This document shows positions 41,367 to 50,714 of a DNA stretch of 64,000 nucleotides, one piece after another (the first letter of the stretch is position 1; each line of letters opens with the position of its first letter). The translations under genes were made by a program, and so were the position numbers. Below the pieces are notes generated by a model. It made no database searches. It was not told where the DNA came from and saw only the letters and a program-made list of their open reading frames with translations. The stretch comes from an uncultured Anaerolineaceae bacterium (GTDB taxonomy: Bacteria > Chloroflexota > Anaerolineae > Anaerolineales > E44-bin32), in NCBI GenBank assembly GCA_964492745.1, contig CAZBLT010000001.1, positions 3,325 to 67,324 on the forward strand. Reading direction: 5' to 3'.

Positions 41367-42758
41367 ATGAGCGCCCCGGCGTTCTTGTTCCTTGCAACGC
41401 TTGTGGTGGCAGCACTGGCAGCCTGGAATTGGCGCAGACCGCCGCGGGCGGCCGCATTGGCTGCAGCAGGCTTGCTGGCTCTTGCAGTTTGGGCGCTGCT
41501 TGCGCCCATAGATACACCGTTCTCCGCGGTTGGCCTGGCGCTGAAGCTCCCGGCGAGATGGTCGCTGCTGGGGCGGGGTTTCGTGCTTGATGAAGCCACC
41601 CGGCCGATGATCGCCTTCCTCTATCTCGCGGCCGCGTTCCTGACCGCACCATCTTTCTTGGCCGGGACGACGCGCGCAGCACCAGCCCTGGCCGTAATGC
41701 TTACTGGCGCCTTGGCGGCCTCGTTGATGGTCACTCCCTTTGTGTATGCAGCCATTTTCATCGAGCTGGCCGCACTCGGCTCTGGCATGATGCTTGTCTC
41801 CCGCGGCTATCCATCCAGCGCCGGTGCGATGCGGCTGCTATCGCTATATACATTCGCCACGATGGGGATGCTTGCAACCGGCTGGTTGCTGGACCGGGTG
41901 GGGGTTACGGCGTCGACGCCGGAACTGGCCAATGTGGCTACAACGTTGCTTATTCTCGGATTTGCTATTTTGATGGCCGTGCCTCCATTCCACCTCTGGA
42001 TCGCCGCTGCGGCCAAACGCGCGAATCCACATTCACTGGCTTGTGTGATATTCATCCTGCAGAGCGCGGGGCTGTTCTTTGTGTTGCGTTTTCTCGATGG
42101 GTTCCCCTGGCTGCGGACGGCAACGCTGGCGTATCAGGCGCTCGCGTGGGCGGGTGCCGTCGCGGCCACCGCTGGCGCTTTGATGGCCATGGCCGCAGAA
42201 GATATCCGGCAGGTTGGGGCATATGCAATCATTTCGGACGCGGGCGTGACCCTACTTGCTGTCAGTATAGGGGAGCCAGATGGATACAGGCTAGCGCTGG
42301 GCATGTTAGCAGCCCGAATGGTGGGGCTTGGGCTTCTGGGGCTGGCGCTGGGAACATTAGGCTTGCGTAGGCCTTGGGGCAACATGCGAGGAGCTGGCAA
42401 TACGATGCCCCTGCAGGCAGCGGCGTTCATTGCAGGATTGCTGAGCCTGGCGGGCTTTCCCCTGTCGGCGGGATTTCCTGGCCGATGGTCACTGCTATCC
42501 GGGCTACATGGCTCTGCGCCGTGGACGGGTTGGATCATTCTGGCCTCGATGGCCTTGCTTGTAGGCACGGCCACCTCCTGGGCGCAGCGCCTCTTTGCGC
42601 TCCCCGCAGAGCGGAATGCGCCGATGAGGTCGACACGGCTGGAGCAACTCTTCATGGGAGGAGGCATCATCTTATTACTGCTGCTGGGGCTCTTCCCGCA
42701 ACTCGTTTATCCTTGGGTTGTTGAGATGGCCAATGGACTGAGAAATCTGGTGCCCTAA
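41367..42758 (+). CDS. NuoN/MrpD-like antiporter-type membrane protein (P3)
   Basis: FIELAALGSG, AVPPFHLWIAAAAKRANP, YAIISDAG and LSLAGFPLSAGFPGRW line up by eye with the conserved TM5, TM7, TM8-9 and TM12 motifs of NuoN/M/MrpD. Confidence 0.7.
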   Translation: MSAPAFLFLATLVVAALAAWNWRRPPRAAALAAAGLLALAVWALLAPIDTPFSAVGLALKLPARWSLLGRGFVLDEATRPMIAFLYLAAAFLTAPSFLAGTTRAAPALAVMLTGALAASLMVTPFVYAAIFIELAALGSGMMLVSRGYPSSAGAMRLLSLYTFATMGMLATGWLLDRVGVTASTPELANVATTLLILGFAILMAVPPFHLWIAAAAKRANPHSLACVIFILQSAGLFFVLRFLDGFPWLRTATLAYQALAWAGAVAATAGALMAMAAEDIRQVGAYAIISDAGVTLLAVSIGEPDGYRLALGMLAARMVGLGLLGLALGTLGLRRPWGNMRGAGNTMPLQAAAFIAGLLSLAGFPLSAGFPGRWSLLSGLHGSAPWTGWIILASMALLVGTATSWAQRLFALPAERNAPMRSTRLEQLFMGGGIILLLLLGLFPQLVYPWVVEMANGLRNLVP

Positions 42759-42798
42759 TATGCCGCGGGTTTCCGCGGCAAGGCGGAGCGAGGGCGAG

Positions 42799-43968
42799 AT
42801 GAGTGAGAGCGACGAGCTTGAAAAGCGCATTGAGTGGCTGGATGAACAACGGCGGGAGGAGGCAGAGGCCCGAGCCCGATTGGAAGAGCGGCTGCTAGCC
42901 ATTACGGAGAGGCTGGAGGTGCATACGCACCAGGTCCAGGCGCTCTCCGATGAGGTGACAAGGCTTGGGACGTTGGCTGCGCGGATTCAGCAGGTAGATG
43001 ATTCGCTGGCCAAACATCGAAAAGAAGTTTCTCGGCAGCTGGAGGAGGCTGAAAGGCGGCGCAGCGCAAAGGAAGACCGAATAGAGAGCATGCGAAAGAA
43101 AGATCAGCAAGCGCTGCGCAAGACGATTGATGCCATCAAAGACCAGCTGTCCAGATTGGAGCCACTTGAGCAGGCAATCCAAGCACGGCAAAAGGAAGAG
43201 ATGCGGTTGCAGCACGAACTGAACGATGTCGGCCACGCGCAAGAAGCTTTGATCTCAGAAGTGGAAGCCCAGAAACGTTCGATGGCCGCATTTGAGGAGG
43301 CGCGCGGAAGGGCTGAGAAGAAAGCGGACGAAGCTCTTGCCCTCTTGAGAGCGATGCGCAAGAAGACCGAAGCTCTGGACGCCAAATTGGAGCAAGCCGA
43401 CGATGAAATGCGACGACAGAGTATCCACCTCGCGGAGATGCGGGCGGGTGAAGAGGAACGCGCCCGCCTTCTAGAGACCTGGCTGGAAGATCAAAAGATG
43501 TGGACCTCTGAGTTTGAGAAAACCTGGACGGAATGGGAGAAACTCTTTGCCAGGATCGAAGAGACCGCTAAGTCCACCGAGGAGCGCTTGGGGGCTTATG
43601 AGCAAACCTATTTGGCGGTGAAAAGGGTCCAGGGTGAGCTGGAAGCGCTTATGGAACGGCTGGAGCGGCGCATCACAGAGGTGAGCGAGGTGCAACGCCT
43701 TGCGGAGGAACGAGTTCGAAAAGAGTGGACCAGCTTTCAGGCCGAAGAAGTCAAGCGCTGGAACACTTTCCAGATCGGTAATGAGGAGCAATGGCGGGAG
43801 CATGAGCGCCGGCACGATAGGATGGATGAGACCCTCGCAGATTTGGTTGCCCGCCTGGCGAGTGTAGAGCAGGCGTTGGAAACCCAAGCTGAGCAGCAGG
43901 AACGGAGAACGAATGAAATGCTGGCGCTCCTGCGCGGTTGGGCGCTTGATCAGGAACAAGAGGGCTGA
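42799..43968 (+). CDS. soluble all-alpha coiled-coil protein (P4)
   Basis: ORF 42760..43968. ATG 42799 is preferred because 42761-42780 forms an 8-bp GC hairpin (TGCCGCGG-gttt-CCGCGGCA). No TM. Heptad-rich E/R/K/Q/L sequence with recurring Trp motifs (IEWLDEQ, ETWLEDQKMW, KEWTSFQ, KRWNTFQ, EQWREHE). Confidence 0.6.
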   Translation: MSESDELEKRIEWLDEQRREEAEARARLEERLLAITERLEVHTHQVQALSDEVTRLGTLAARIQQVDDSLAKHRKEVSRQLEEAERRRSAKEDRIESMRKKDQQALRKTIDAIKDQLSRLEPLEQAIQARQKEEMRLQHELNDVGHAQEALISEVEAQKRSMAAFEEARGRAEKKADEALALLRAMRKKTEALDAKLEQADDEMRRQSIHLAEMRAGEEERARLLETWLEDQKMWTSEFEKTWTEWEKLFARIEETAKSTEERLGAYEQTYLAVKRVQGELEALMERLERRITEVSEVQRLAEERVRKEWTSFQAEEVKRWNTFQIGNEEQWREHERRHDRMDETLADLVARLASVEQALETQAEQQERRTNEMLALLRGWALDQEQEG

Positions 43969-43986
43969 GAAGCCCGAGGGATTCGC

Positions 43987-45873
43987 ATGCATGTCTTGGG
44001 CACTGCAGGCCACGTAGATCACGGGAAGTCCACGCTCGTGCAGGCCTTGACAGGCATGAATCCTGATCGCCTGCGCGAGGAGCAAGAACGGCAGATGACA
44101 ATCGATTTGGGCTTTGCCTGGATGACCCTGCCAGGCGGGGAGGCCGTGGGCATCGTAGATGTGCCGGGACACCGGGACTTTATCGAGAACATGCTTGCTG
44201 GAGTGGGCGGAATCGATGCCGTGCTTCTTGTGGTGGCGGCTGACGAGGGTGTCATGCCGCAAACACGCGAGCACCTTGCGATTCTGGATTTGCTCGGAGT
44301 CCGTGAGGGTGTGGTCGCCTTGGCCAAGATCGACCTGGTGGAAAGGGAGTGGCTTGAACTCGTGGCTGAAGATGTTCGAGCCGTGCTCTCGGCGACGAGT
44401 CTGGCGGAGGCGCCTCTCGTGCCAGTTTCAGCCAAGACAGGGGAAGGGCTGCAGGAACTCATTCTCGAGCTCGAACGCATCTTGGGCCGCGCGGGGAAGA
44501 GGCAATCCTATGGAAGGCCGCGGCTGCCGGTGGATCGTTCATTCACCATATCCGGGTTTGGGACTGTTGTAACGGGAACCCTCATGGACGGGGAATTTCG
44601 CGTTGGAGACGAGGTCGAAATCCTCCCTGCGCGGCGCAAGGCGCGCATCCGGGGGCTTCAGACTCACCGGAAGGATGTTCGCATCGCTGTTCCTGGCAGC
44701 AGAGTGGCAGTAAATCTAAGCGGCGTACGGACCGCTGACATCCGGCGGGGCGATGTTCTGGCCGCGCCCGAAAGCTATCAAGCGACAAATATGCTAGATT
44801 CGCGGCTGCGCTTGCTGAGCGACGCCGAGCAAGGGCTCGAGCATAACCGGGAGGTTAAGATCTTTCTTGGCGCTGCGCAGCGGACAGGCCGCGTCCGACT
44901 ACTGGGCGTGGACCGCCTTCGTCCAGGCGAACAGGGCTGGATCCAGATCGTGTTGAATGAGCCACTCGTGGCGCATCGGGGCGACCGTTTCATTCTTCGC
45001 CGACCATCTCCGCCCGCAACGATTGGCGGCGGAATAGTCGCCGACCCGCACCCCCTCAGACGGCATCGCCGTCGGGATGTCGATATCATTCGGCGTTTGG
45101 AAGCGCTTCTGGCAGACCGGCCGGAGGAGACCCTCCTGGCAATCTTGGGCCAAAAGGGGCTGATACCTCGCAAAGATGCAGCGAGGGAGGCAGGCATTCC
45201 GGCTGAGACGGCCGAGTGGACGATCGGCTCACTCATCGATGCTGGAAGAATCGTCGAGATCGGTACTTCGGAGGTCTACCTAGCGGATGTGGCGACATGG
45301 AATCGTGTCCGAGAGGCAGTGATCGGGATTATAAAAGATTTCCACGGTCGATTCCCGTTGCGGGGCGGCATCCCGTTGGAGGAACTGCGAAGCCGCACTC
45401 GCCTGCCTGGCCGCGTCGCTGAGGCCGCCATTACAAGTCTTGAGGCCGAGGGGGTGATATTGCGGCAGGGAAAGAATGCGGCCTTGAAGGAACACACACG
45501 CGCGCTGTCCAAGGATGAGGAAAACCGAGTTCGTAGACTGTTGGGCGATTTTCGCTCCCAGGCCTACTCGCCGCCCTCGCGCAAGGAGAGCGAAGCGATG
45601 GTGGGAGAAGAAGTACTGGCCTATTTGATAGATACAGGGGAGCTGATCGCGGTTAGTGAGGATGTGCTCTTTGCGCGAGATGTGTATGAGGAAATGGTGG
45701 CTGCAATAATAGAAAGAATAGGTGAGGAGGGCAGCCTTACGGTTGCGCAAGTCCGAGATCAGTTTGCGACGACGCGAAAGTACGCGCTGGCGCTCATGGA
45801 GCATCTTGACCAAATTGGGATCACTGTGCGGGAGGGCGATGCGCGCCGTCTCGGTCCCAAGGCGGGCCGTTAG
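43987..45873 (+). CDS. selB: selenocysteine-specific translation elongation factor SelB
   Basis: MHVLGTAGHVDHGKSTL, DVPGH, an EF-Tu-like domain II and a long C-terminal winged-helix extension. 628 aa. Confidence 0.9.
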   Translation: MHVLGTAGHVDHGKSTLVQALTGMNPDRLREEQERQMTIDLGFAWMTLPGGEAVGIVDVPGHRDFIENMLAGVGGIDAVLLVVAADEGVMPQTREHLAILDLLGVREGVVALAKIDLVEREWLELVAEDVRAVLSATSLAEAPLVPVSAKTGEGLQELILELERILGRAGKRQSYGRPRLPVDRSFTISGFGTVVTGTLMDGEFRVGDEVEILPARRKARIRGLQTHRKDVRIAVPGSRVAVNLSGVRTADIRRGDVLAAPESYQATNMLDSRLRLLSDAEQGLEHNREVKIFLGAAQRTGRVRLLGVDRLRPGEQGWIQIVLNEPLVAHRGDRFILRRPSPPATIGGGIVADPHPLRRHRRRDVDIIRRLEALLADRPEETLLAILGQKGLIPRKDAAREAGIPAETAEWTIGSLIDAGRIVEIGTSEVYLADVATWNRVREAVIGIIKDFHGRFPLRGGIPLEELRSRTRLPGRVAEAAITSLEAEGVILRQGKNAALKEHTRALSKDEENRVRRLLGDFRSQAYSPPSRKESEAMVGEEVLAYLIDTGELIAVSEDVLFARDVYEEMVAAIIERIGEEGSLTVAQVRDQFATTRKYALALMEHLDQIGITVREGDARRLGPKAGR

Positions 45874-47525
45874 AAAGCACGCACGCGCCACTCGCCGTTT
45901 GTCATGACCCCCGTAGGTCGTAGGTTGGCGAGATCCCGGGGTTCGATTTCGAATAGATCCTCATCGAGCACGATCAAATCGGCATAAGAGCCGGGAGCGA
46001 GGCTGCCTGCTGGCCGGGCAGTATATGCGGCCTTCGCAGGCCGCCATGTGTAGCATGCCAGCGCCTCCCAGAGATCGAGCCGTTCCGCCGGAATCCAGCC
46101 CTCCGGAGGTGAGCCGTCAAGACGGTGGCGAGTGATGGCCGCGTAGAGGCCAAGGAAGGGGTTCGGGGGTTCGACGGGTGCATCCGAGCCAAAGATGAGC
46201 ATCGCGCCACCTTGGAGGATCGATTGCCAGGCGTAGGCCCAGCGCACACGCGGTCCCCAGTGCTCTTCGGCCATGGTCATGTCCGAGATGGCGTGGATAG
46301 GCTGCATGGAGGCCACGAGGCGGAGTTCGCCAACCCTTTGGATGTCATCCGGGTGAAGTATCTGAAGGTGCTCAACCCGATGGGGGAGGGGGCGAATTGC
46401 GTTTTCTGCCTCCCAGGCACGAAGGGCCTCGAAGGCATCCAGGACCTCCCGATTGGCCCGATCGCCGATTGCGTGCACGGCTAGAGCTAGGCCCTGCTCC
46501 GCCGCATGGATCCCGAGGTGCACTATTTCATCCCTGCCGAGGAGCAGGTTTCCGGAATTGTCTGGATCAGTGGAATAGGGATGCAGCATGGCGGCTGTGC
46601 GGGGTCCTAGGGCGCCATCGGCGAAAAGCTTGATATTACCCAGGCGGAGGAAGTCGTCTCCGAATCCGGTGCGCAATCCCAAGGCGAAGGCTTTCTGAAT
46701 ATCATCTCGCTGCAAATGCTTCAAAACCCGGAGTGGGAGGTTGCCTTGTTCTCGAAGGATCTGCAGGGCTTGGAAGCAGCGAGGATCGTCAAAGTCGTGG
46801 ATGCCGGTGATGCCGACGGCCAGAAGCTCATTCAGAGCCGTGAGGATCCAGCCTGCCAGGGTTTGTGGTGAGGGCGGGTCGATTCTGGAGGAAACCAGCC
46901 TCATGGCGCCTTCGAAGAGAAGGCCATTGGGGGTTCCATCCTCGCGGCGGCCCAAATAGCCATCCGGGGGATCGGGGGAATCTGCGACAATGCCCGCGGC
47001 TTCAAGGGCGCGGCTGTTAACCCAGGCGGCATGGAGTGATTTGGCCGTGAGGTAGACGGGATTTTGGGGGGCGACACGATCCAAATCAAATGCTGTGCCG
47101 TAGCGCTCCCATGAATTCTGGTTCCACCCATGCCCAAGGATCCACTGGCCGGGGGAGGCGCGTTCCGCCGCGGCGCGCACCCGCTCCAGGCAGTCCTGTA
47201 GAGATGGCAATTCAAGATCCAATTGGTGCAGGCTTTGGGCGTACTGCCCAAGATGGATGTGGGCATCCCACAGACCTGGCAAGACCGTCCGGCCCTCCAA
47301 ATCGACGCGATTGGCCGTGCTCTCAAGCCATGACTGCGGCGGTTCAGTCACCGATAGCTCTGCCACGTGGCCGTCGCAGATAAGCATGGCACCATAGACC
47401 GCCGCTTGAGGTGCCAGGGAATAGATGCGAGCGTTCTGGAGAATAAGTGGAGGCTGAGTTTCTGGGCTAATGGTGGCTGTCCTCCATGATGGATTGCATC
47501 GCCCGGTAGGCCGTGGCCAAATCAA
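45870..47525 (-). CDS. amidohydrolase-3 family metal-dependent hydrolase
   Basis: [12 protein letters not shown]-terminal strand. WDAHIHL metal motif. [14 protein letters not shown]. The only in-frame start is TTG 47525, which overlaps glpB by 59 nt, so the start is uncertain. Confidence 0.8.
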   Translation of the reverse strand: MIWPRPTGRCNPSWRTATISPETQPPLILQNARIYSLAPQAAVYGAMLICDGHVAELSVTEPPQSWLESTANRVDLEGRTVLPGLWDAHIHLGQYAQSLHQLDLELPSLQDCLERVRAAAERASPGQWILGHGWNQNSWERYGTAFDLDRVAPQNPVYLTAKSLHAAWVNSRALEAAGIVADSPDPPDGYLGRREDGTPNGLLFEGAMRLVSSRIDPPSPQTLAGWILTALNELLAVGITGIHDFDDPRCFQALQILREQGNLPLRVLKHLQRDDIQKAFALGLRTGFGDDFLRLGNIKLFADGALGPRTAAMLHPYSTDPDNSGNLLLGRDEIVHLGIHAAEQGLALAVHAIGDRANREVLDAFEALRAWEAENAIRPLPHRVEHLQILHPDDIQRVGELRLVASMQPIHAISDMTMAEEHWGPRVRWAYAWQSILQGGAMLIFGSDAPVEPPNPFLGLYAAITRHRLDGSPPEGWIPAERLDLWEALACYTWRPAKAAYTARPAGSLAPGSYADLIVLDEDLFEIEPRDLANLRPTGVMTNGEWRVRAF

Positions 47526-48690
47526 TGCCCTGACGGGAACCCTGATAGACCCTATCGCTGCCAGCGATCACGCCGCCAGCGGCATACAAATTGTGGAAGA
47601 GCGGTTCGCCTGCAGGGTCCAGCGGATGCATGCAAGTGTTGACACATAGCCCGGCCATCGCATAAGGCTGCGGCGAGAAGGGAGAGGCCGCTGTCCATGA
47701 GGAGCGCTCGGGCTGGACCTCGATAGGATATCCAAAGACGGATTCGCGCATTCGGCCGGCATGCAGGGCTGCGAGTCCACCATGCATTGTGCCCCCGGTC
47801 GCAAGCAAGATCGCCTGGGACGAAAGCAAGCGTGGGCCTCCAGCGGATTGAAGCTGAACGCCTGCCACCCGGGCCTTGCCGGAACGGCCTTCCGCTCGGC
47901 CGATGGCGGCCGAGCCTTCGATGAACCGGACACCGAGTCTCTTCGCGCGCAAACGGAGGGCTCGCTCGAGCCGCAGCCCTGGTAGGGACGGCGGGAGTGT
48001 GGGTATTTCAAGTACGGCGCAGCCAAAGTGCTCTTGAATGAGATGGAACACGTCCATATGTCTGCGTAGGCCGAGGATTGCAGGCAGGATCAATGTGTCA
48101 AGTCCTCGAACCAAAGGCTTCCAGAGCCGCAAGGTCTCACTGCACCACTGAGGGACATCAAATCTCGCCGCCAAATCCGACGCATAGAGCTCGCGGAATG
48201 GATGGGGGAGAGGCAGCTGGATCACGCGCACATGGTAGCCTTCTTTCGCGCGCAGGGCCTGTGCAAGCATTTGGGGCGCGAAGTCGCGAAAACCTTCGAT
48301 AGACGCGATCCCGACCAATGGGCCATGCGCCTGACCAAGCGAAGGCGGTGCCAGGTTGACCCATGTGGATTGGCCCGATGCCTGGAGAAGTGGCAGTGAG
48401 TGGCTCAGGCGCCCGCGATAAGGCAGGGCCTCCGCGCGCATCATTCGGGAGAAGGCCTTGGCCGACTGCTTCAAGGACTGTTTGCCTACGAGCTTGTAGG
48501 GGTGGGTCGCAGGCAGGCGGTCGAGGGCGCGAAGCGGTTGGGCGCGATCGAGCACGGCTATACATCCATGGGAAAGGCTCAGGCCGCCACGGCCCCGGGC
48601 GACGAGGCACACAGACGCACCGAGCTCGGCGGCCAAGTTGGCCGCAAAAAGTCCCGTAAGTCCAGCGCCGACGATGATCAGGTCGATCAT
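47467..48690 (-). CDS. glpB: anaerobic glycerol-3-phosphate dehydrogenase subunit B
   Basis: MIDLIIVGAGLTGLFAANLAAELG FAD fold. 407 aa. 4-nt overlap with glpA. Confidence 0.8.
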   Translation of the reverse strand: MIDLIIVGAGLTGLFAANLAAELGASVCLVARGRGGLSLSHGCIAVLDRAQPLRALDRLPATHPYKLVGKQSLKQSAKAFSRMMRAEALPYRGRLSHSLPLLQASGQSTWVNLAPPSLGQAHGPLVGIASIEGFRDFAPQMLAQALRAKEGYHVRVIQLPLPHPFRELYASDLAARFDVPQWCSETLRLWKPLVRGLDTLILPAILGLRRHMDVFHLIQEHFGCAVLEIPTLPPSLPGLRLERALRLRAKRLGVRFIEGSAAIGRAEGRSGKARVAGVQLQSAGGPRLLSSQAILLATGGTMHGGLAALHAGRMRESVFGYPIEVQPERSSWTAASPFSPQPYAMAGLCVNTCMHPLDPAGEPLFHNLYAAGGVIAGSDRVYQGSRQGIDLATAYRAMQSIMEDSHH

Positions 48691-50246
48691 CTAGACCCGC
48701 TTGGCGGCTGCGAGAAGCCGAGCAATTCGGCATACAGCCGGCGGATGAACTCCATCTGCTGCAGCGTCTTGCCCCAGGCAACAGGGCGGAGACCTTTCCA
48801 CCGCTCGTGAAGAAAGGCCGCCAGTTCCTGGGCGGGTTGCGAGAGCACCGGTGCCATGATATCCGCTGTTCGAAACGCGCAGAAGCCGGCCTGGCAGGGG
48901 CCCATTCCAATGCGCAGGTCGCGGCGAAGGTCATCCAAGGTTTGGGGCGGATCTGCAGCCAGCGCTCTATGGATATCTCCCTGCTGGACGAACTCGCACT
49001 CGCAGATGAGATCGCTGGCATGATTGCCTGGCTCGCGGTGCGCCAGCCGTCGGTGACGCATCGGAAGCGCGAAGAATCGACGGTCGGCAGGCTCCAGGGC
49101 CGTTGTCGATGTGCTGCATTGCACAGATCGGCCAAAGCGCTCGCACACGACATCAAGGCACTCCTGGGCCATTAGCCTGAAGGTCGTGAGTTTGCCGCCT
49201 ACGACCGAAATGATCCCGCCGGGGCCGTCAAGGGCTTCATGATCGAGGATGGCGTGAGCGCGCCCGAGGCTTCTGGTTTTAGGTGCACCTGCATCTACAG
49301 GAGGCGCAAGCAAGGGGCGGATGCCTGCCCAGGCGCGAAGGGCGCGTGCGTGGGTGATCCCCGGCAAGAGCATCTCGGCCTCGGCCAGCAGCGCATCGAC
49401 CTCGTGATCTTGGATTTGGAGATCGCGTGGATCAGAGACCGGGATATCGGTGGTGCCGAGCACAGAAACCGAGCCGACTGGAACGATGATGTCTCCATCG
49501 GATGGGGGTCGGCATCTGTTGAGAACAGAATGAACCGGGCGGGAAGCCATCGCCACCATCGTACCTTTGCCCAACGCGAGAGGCAGGTGAACCCCTGCGA
49601 AATTGGCGATATGAGCCGCCCACGGCCCTCCAGCATTAATGGCGAGTTCGAAGGAGATGCGTAGAGGGCTGGCTGTCATCAGGTCTTCGATCTTGGCTGC
49701 GACGAGGGTCCCGCCTCGATGGATGAACCCAACCAGCCGGTGGCGCAAGAGCACGTGCCCACCAGCTTCCAGGATCGCCCTGCGCAGCATGTGCAGCAAA
49801 TCGAAGGAATCCATGGAAGCATCCTGCACGCGGAAGGCACGCGAGATGCGTGGACTCAGGCGTGGCTCACGCCGCAGGAGCTCCGCGACCTCGACTTCCT
49901 CAACCTGCAAGCTCGCTTGTTTGCAAGCCTTCAACCAGCGGTCCGGAAAGTAGAGGGGATCGGCGGGTGTGGCAAGGAAGTATCCACCTGTATCCTCAAT
50001 CGCCGCGGAGGCGATGCGGCGCAGGATCGCGTTCTCCTGCGCGCATTCACGCGCCAGGGATGGCGCCGTGACGGCATAGCGGGCACCGGAATGTAGAAGC
50101 CCATGGTAGCGACCAGAGGTGCCCTGGCCTATGTCGTTCTGCTCGATGAGCACGACTTTGAAGCCGCGTAGGCAGGCATCCCAGGCGATGCCCAGCCCGG
50201 TGGCGCCTCCGCCGATAATCAGGAGTTCTGTCGAAAGACGCGGCAT
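48687..50246 (-). CDS. glpA: anaerobic glycerol-3-phosphate dehydrogenase subunit A
   Basis: LLIIGGGATGLGIAWDACLRGFKVVLIEQND and GTSGRYHGLLHSGARY. C-terminal BFD-like 2Fe-2S region CECEFV...GMGPCQAGFC. Confidence 0.85.
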   Translation of the reverse strand: MPRLSTELLIIGGGATGLGIAWDACLRGFKVVLIEQNDIGQGTSGRYHGLLHSGARYAVTAPSLARECAQENAILRRIASAAIEDTGGYFLATPADPLYFPDRWLKACKQASLQVEEVEVAELLRREPRLSPRISRAFRVQDASMDSFDLLHMLRRAILEAGGHVLLRHRLVGFIHRGGTLVAAKIEDLMTASPLRISFELAINAGGPWAAHIANFAGVHLPLALGKGTMVAMASRPVHSVLNRCRPPSDGDIIVPVGSVSVLGTTDIPVSDPRDLQIQDHEVDALLAEAEMLLPGITHARALRAWAGIRPLLAPPVDAGAPKTRSLGRAHAILDHEALDGPGGIISVVGGKLTTFRLMAQECLDVVCERFGRSVQCSTSTTALEPADRRFFALPMRHRRLAHREPGNHASDLICECEFVQQGDIHRALAADPPQTLDDLRRDLRIGMGPCQAGFCAFRTADIMAPVLSQPAQELAAFLHERWKGLRPVAWGKTLQQMEFIRRLYAELLGFSQPPSGSR

Positions 50247-50257
50247 GGCCTCGGAGA

Positions 50258-50713
50258 TTAGCGCTTTGCATCCGGCTGGGCAAGCGGCCGGACGAATTCC
50301 AGCAGGGTCTTGGACTGCTCATACCCGAGCGCGGCATAGAAGGCGTGCGCGGGAGTCTCGGTGACATCGATGCGCATTACCAGACGGGCACGCCCTGATT
50401 GACGCGCCCAGGATTCGGCTGCGGATACAAGGCGCCGGCCGATGCCTTTGCGCCTATGCTCGGGATGCACGATGATGGCGATCATTTCGGCGCTTTCATC
50501 AGAGAGCAGCTCATGGGCCACGCGAAGATGCGCATAGCCAATAAGCTGATCTCCCTCCACCGCCAGCAACAACCTATCTCCGCGCGGCATATCACCAACC
50601 CGCCTTCTTATATCGCCTGGCTGCGAGGCAATCCCCGAAGCCTCCAGGAGGGCTGCGAGCTGCTGAATATACACCTCAGGTGGGTGGCGGGTGCGGATGA
50701 TCTGCATTTCCAT
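50258..50713 (-). CDS. GNAT-family N-acetyltransferase
   Basis: ORF 50258..51118 trimmed to ATG 50713, 1 nt after the fmt stop. Motif A IIVHPEHRRKGIGRRLV. FYAALGYE. Confidence 0.85.
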   Translation of the reverse strand: MEMQIIRTRHPPEVYIQQLAALLEASGIASQPGDIRRRVGDMPRGDRLLLAVEGDQLIGYAHLRVAHELLSDESAEMIAIIVHPEHRRKGIGRRLVSAAESWARQSGRARLVMRIDVTETPAHAFYAALGYEQSKTLLEFVRPLAQPDAKR

Positions 50714-50714
50714 G

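Noticed and set aside
43471-44274. 267-aa reverse ORF spanning the coiled-coil/selB junction.
   Set aside because: It is antisense to two well-supported genes, and the translation is low-complexity.
48158-49156. 332-aa reverse ORF across the glpA/glpB junction.
   Set aside because: It is out of frame with both recognisable FAD-enzyme genes on the same strand, and it is Arg/Pro/Ser-rich.
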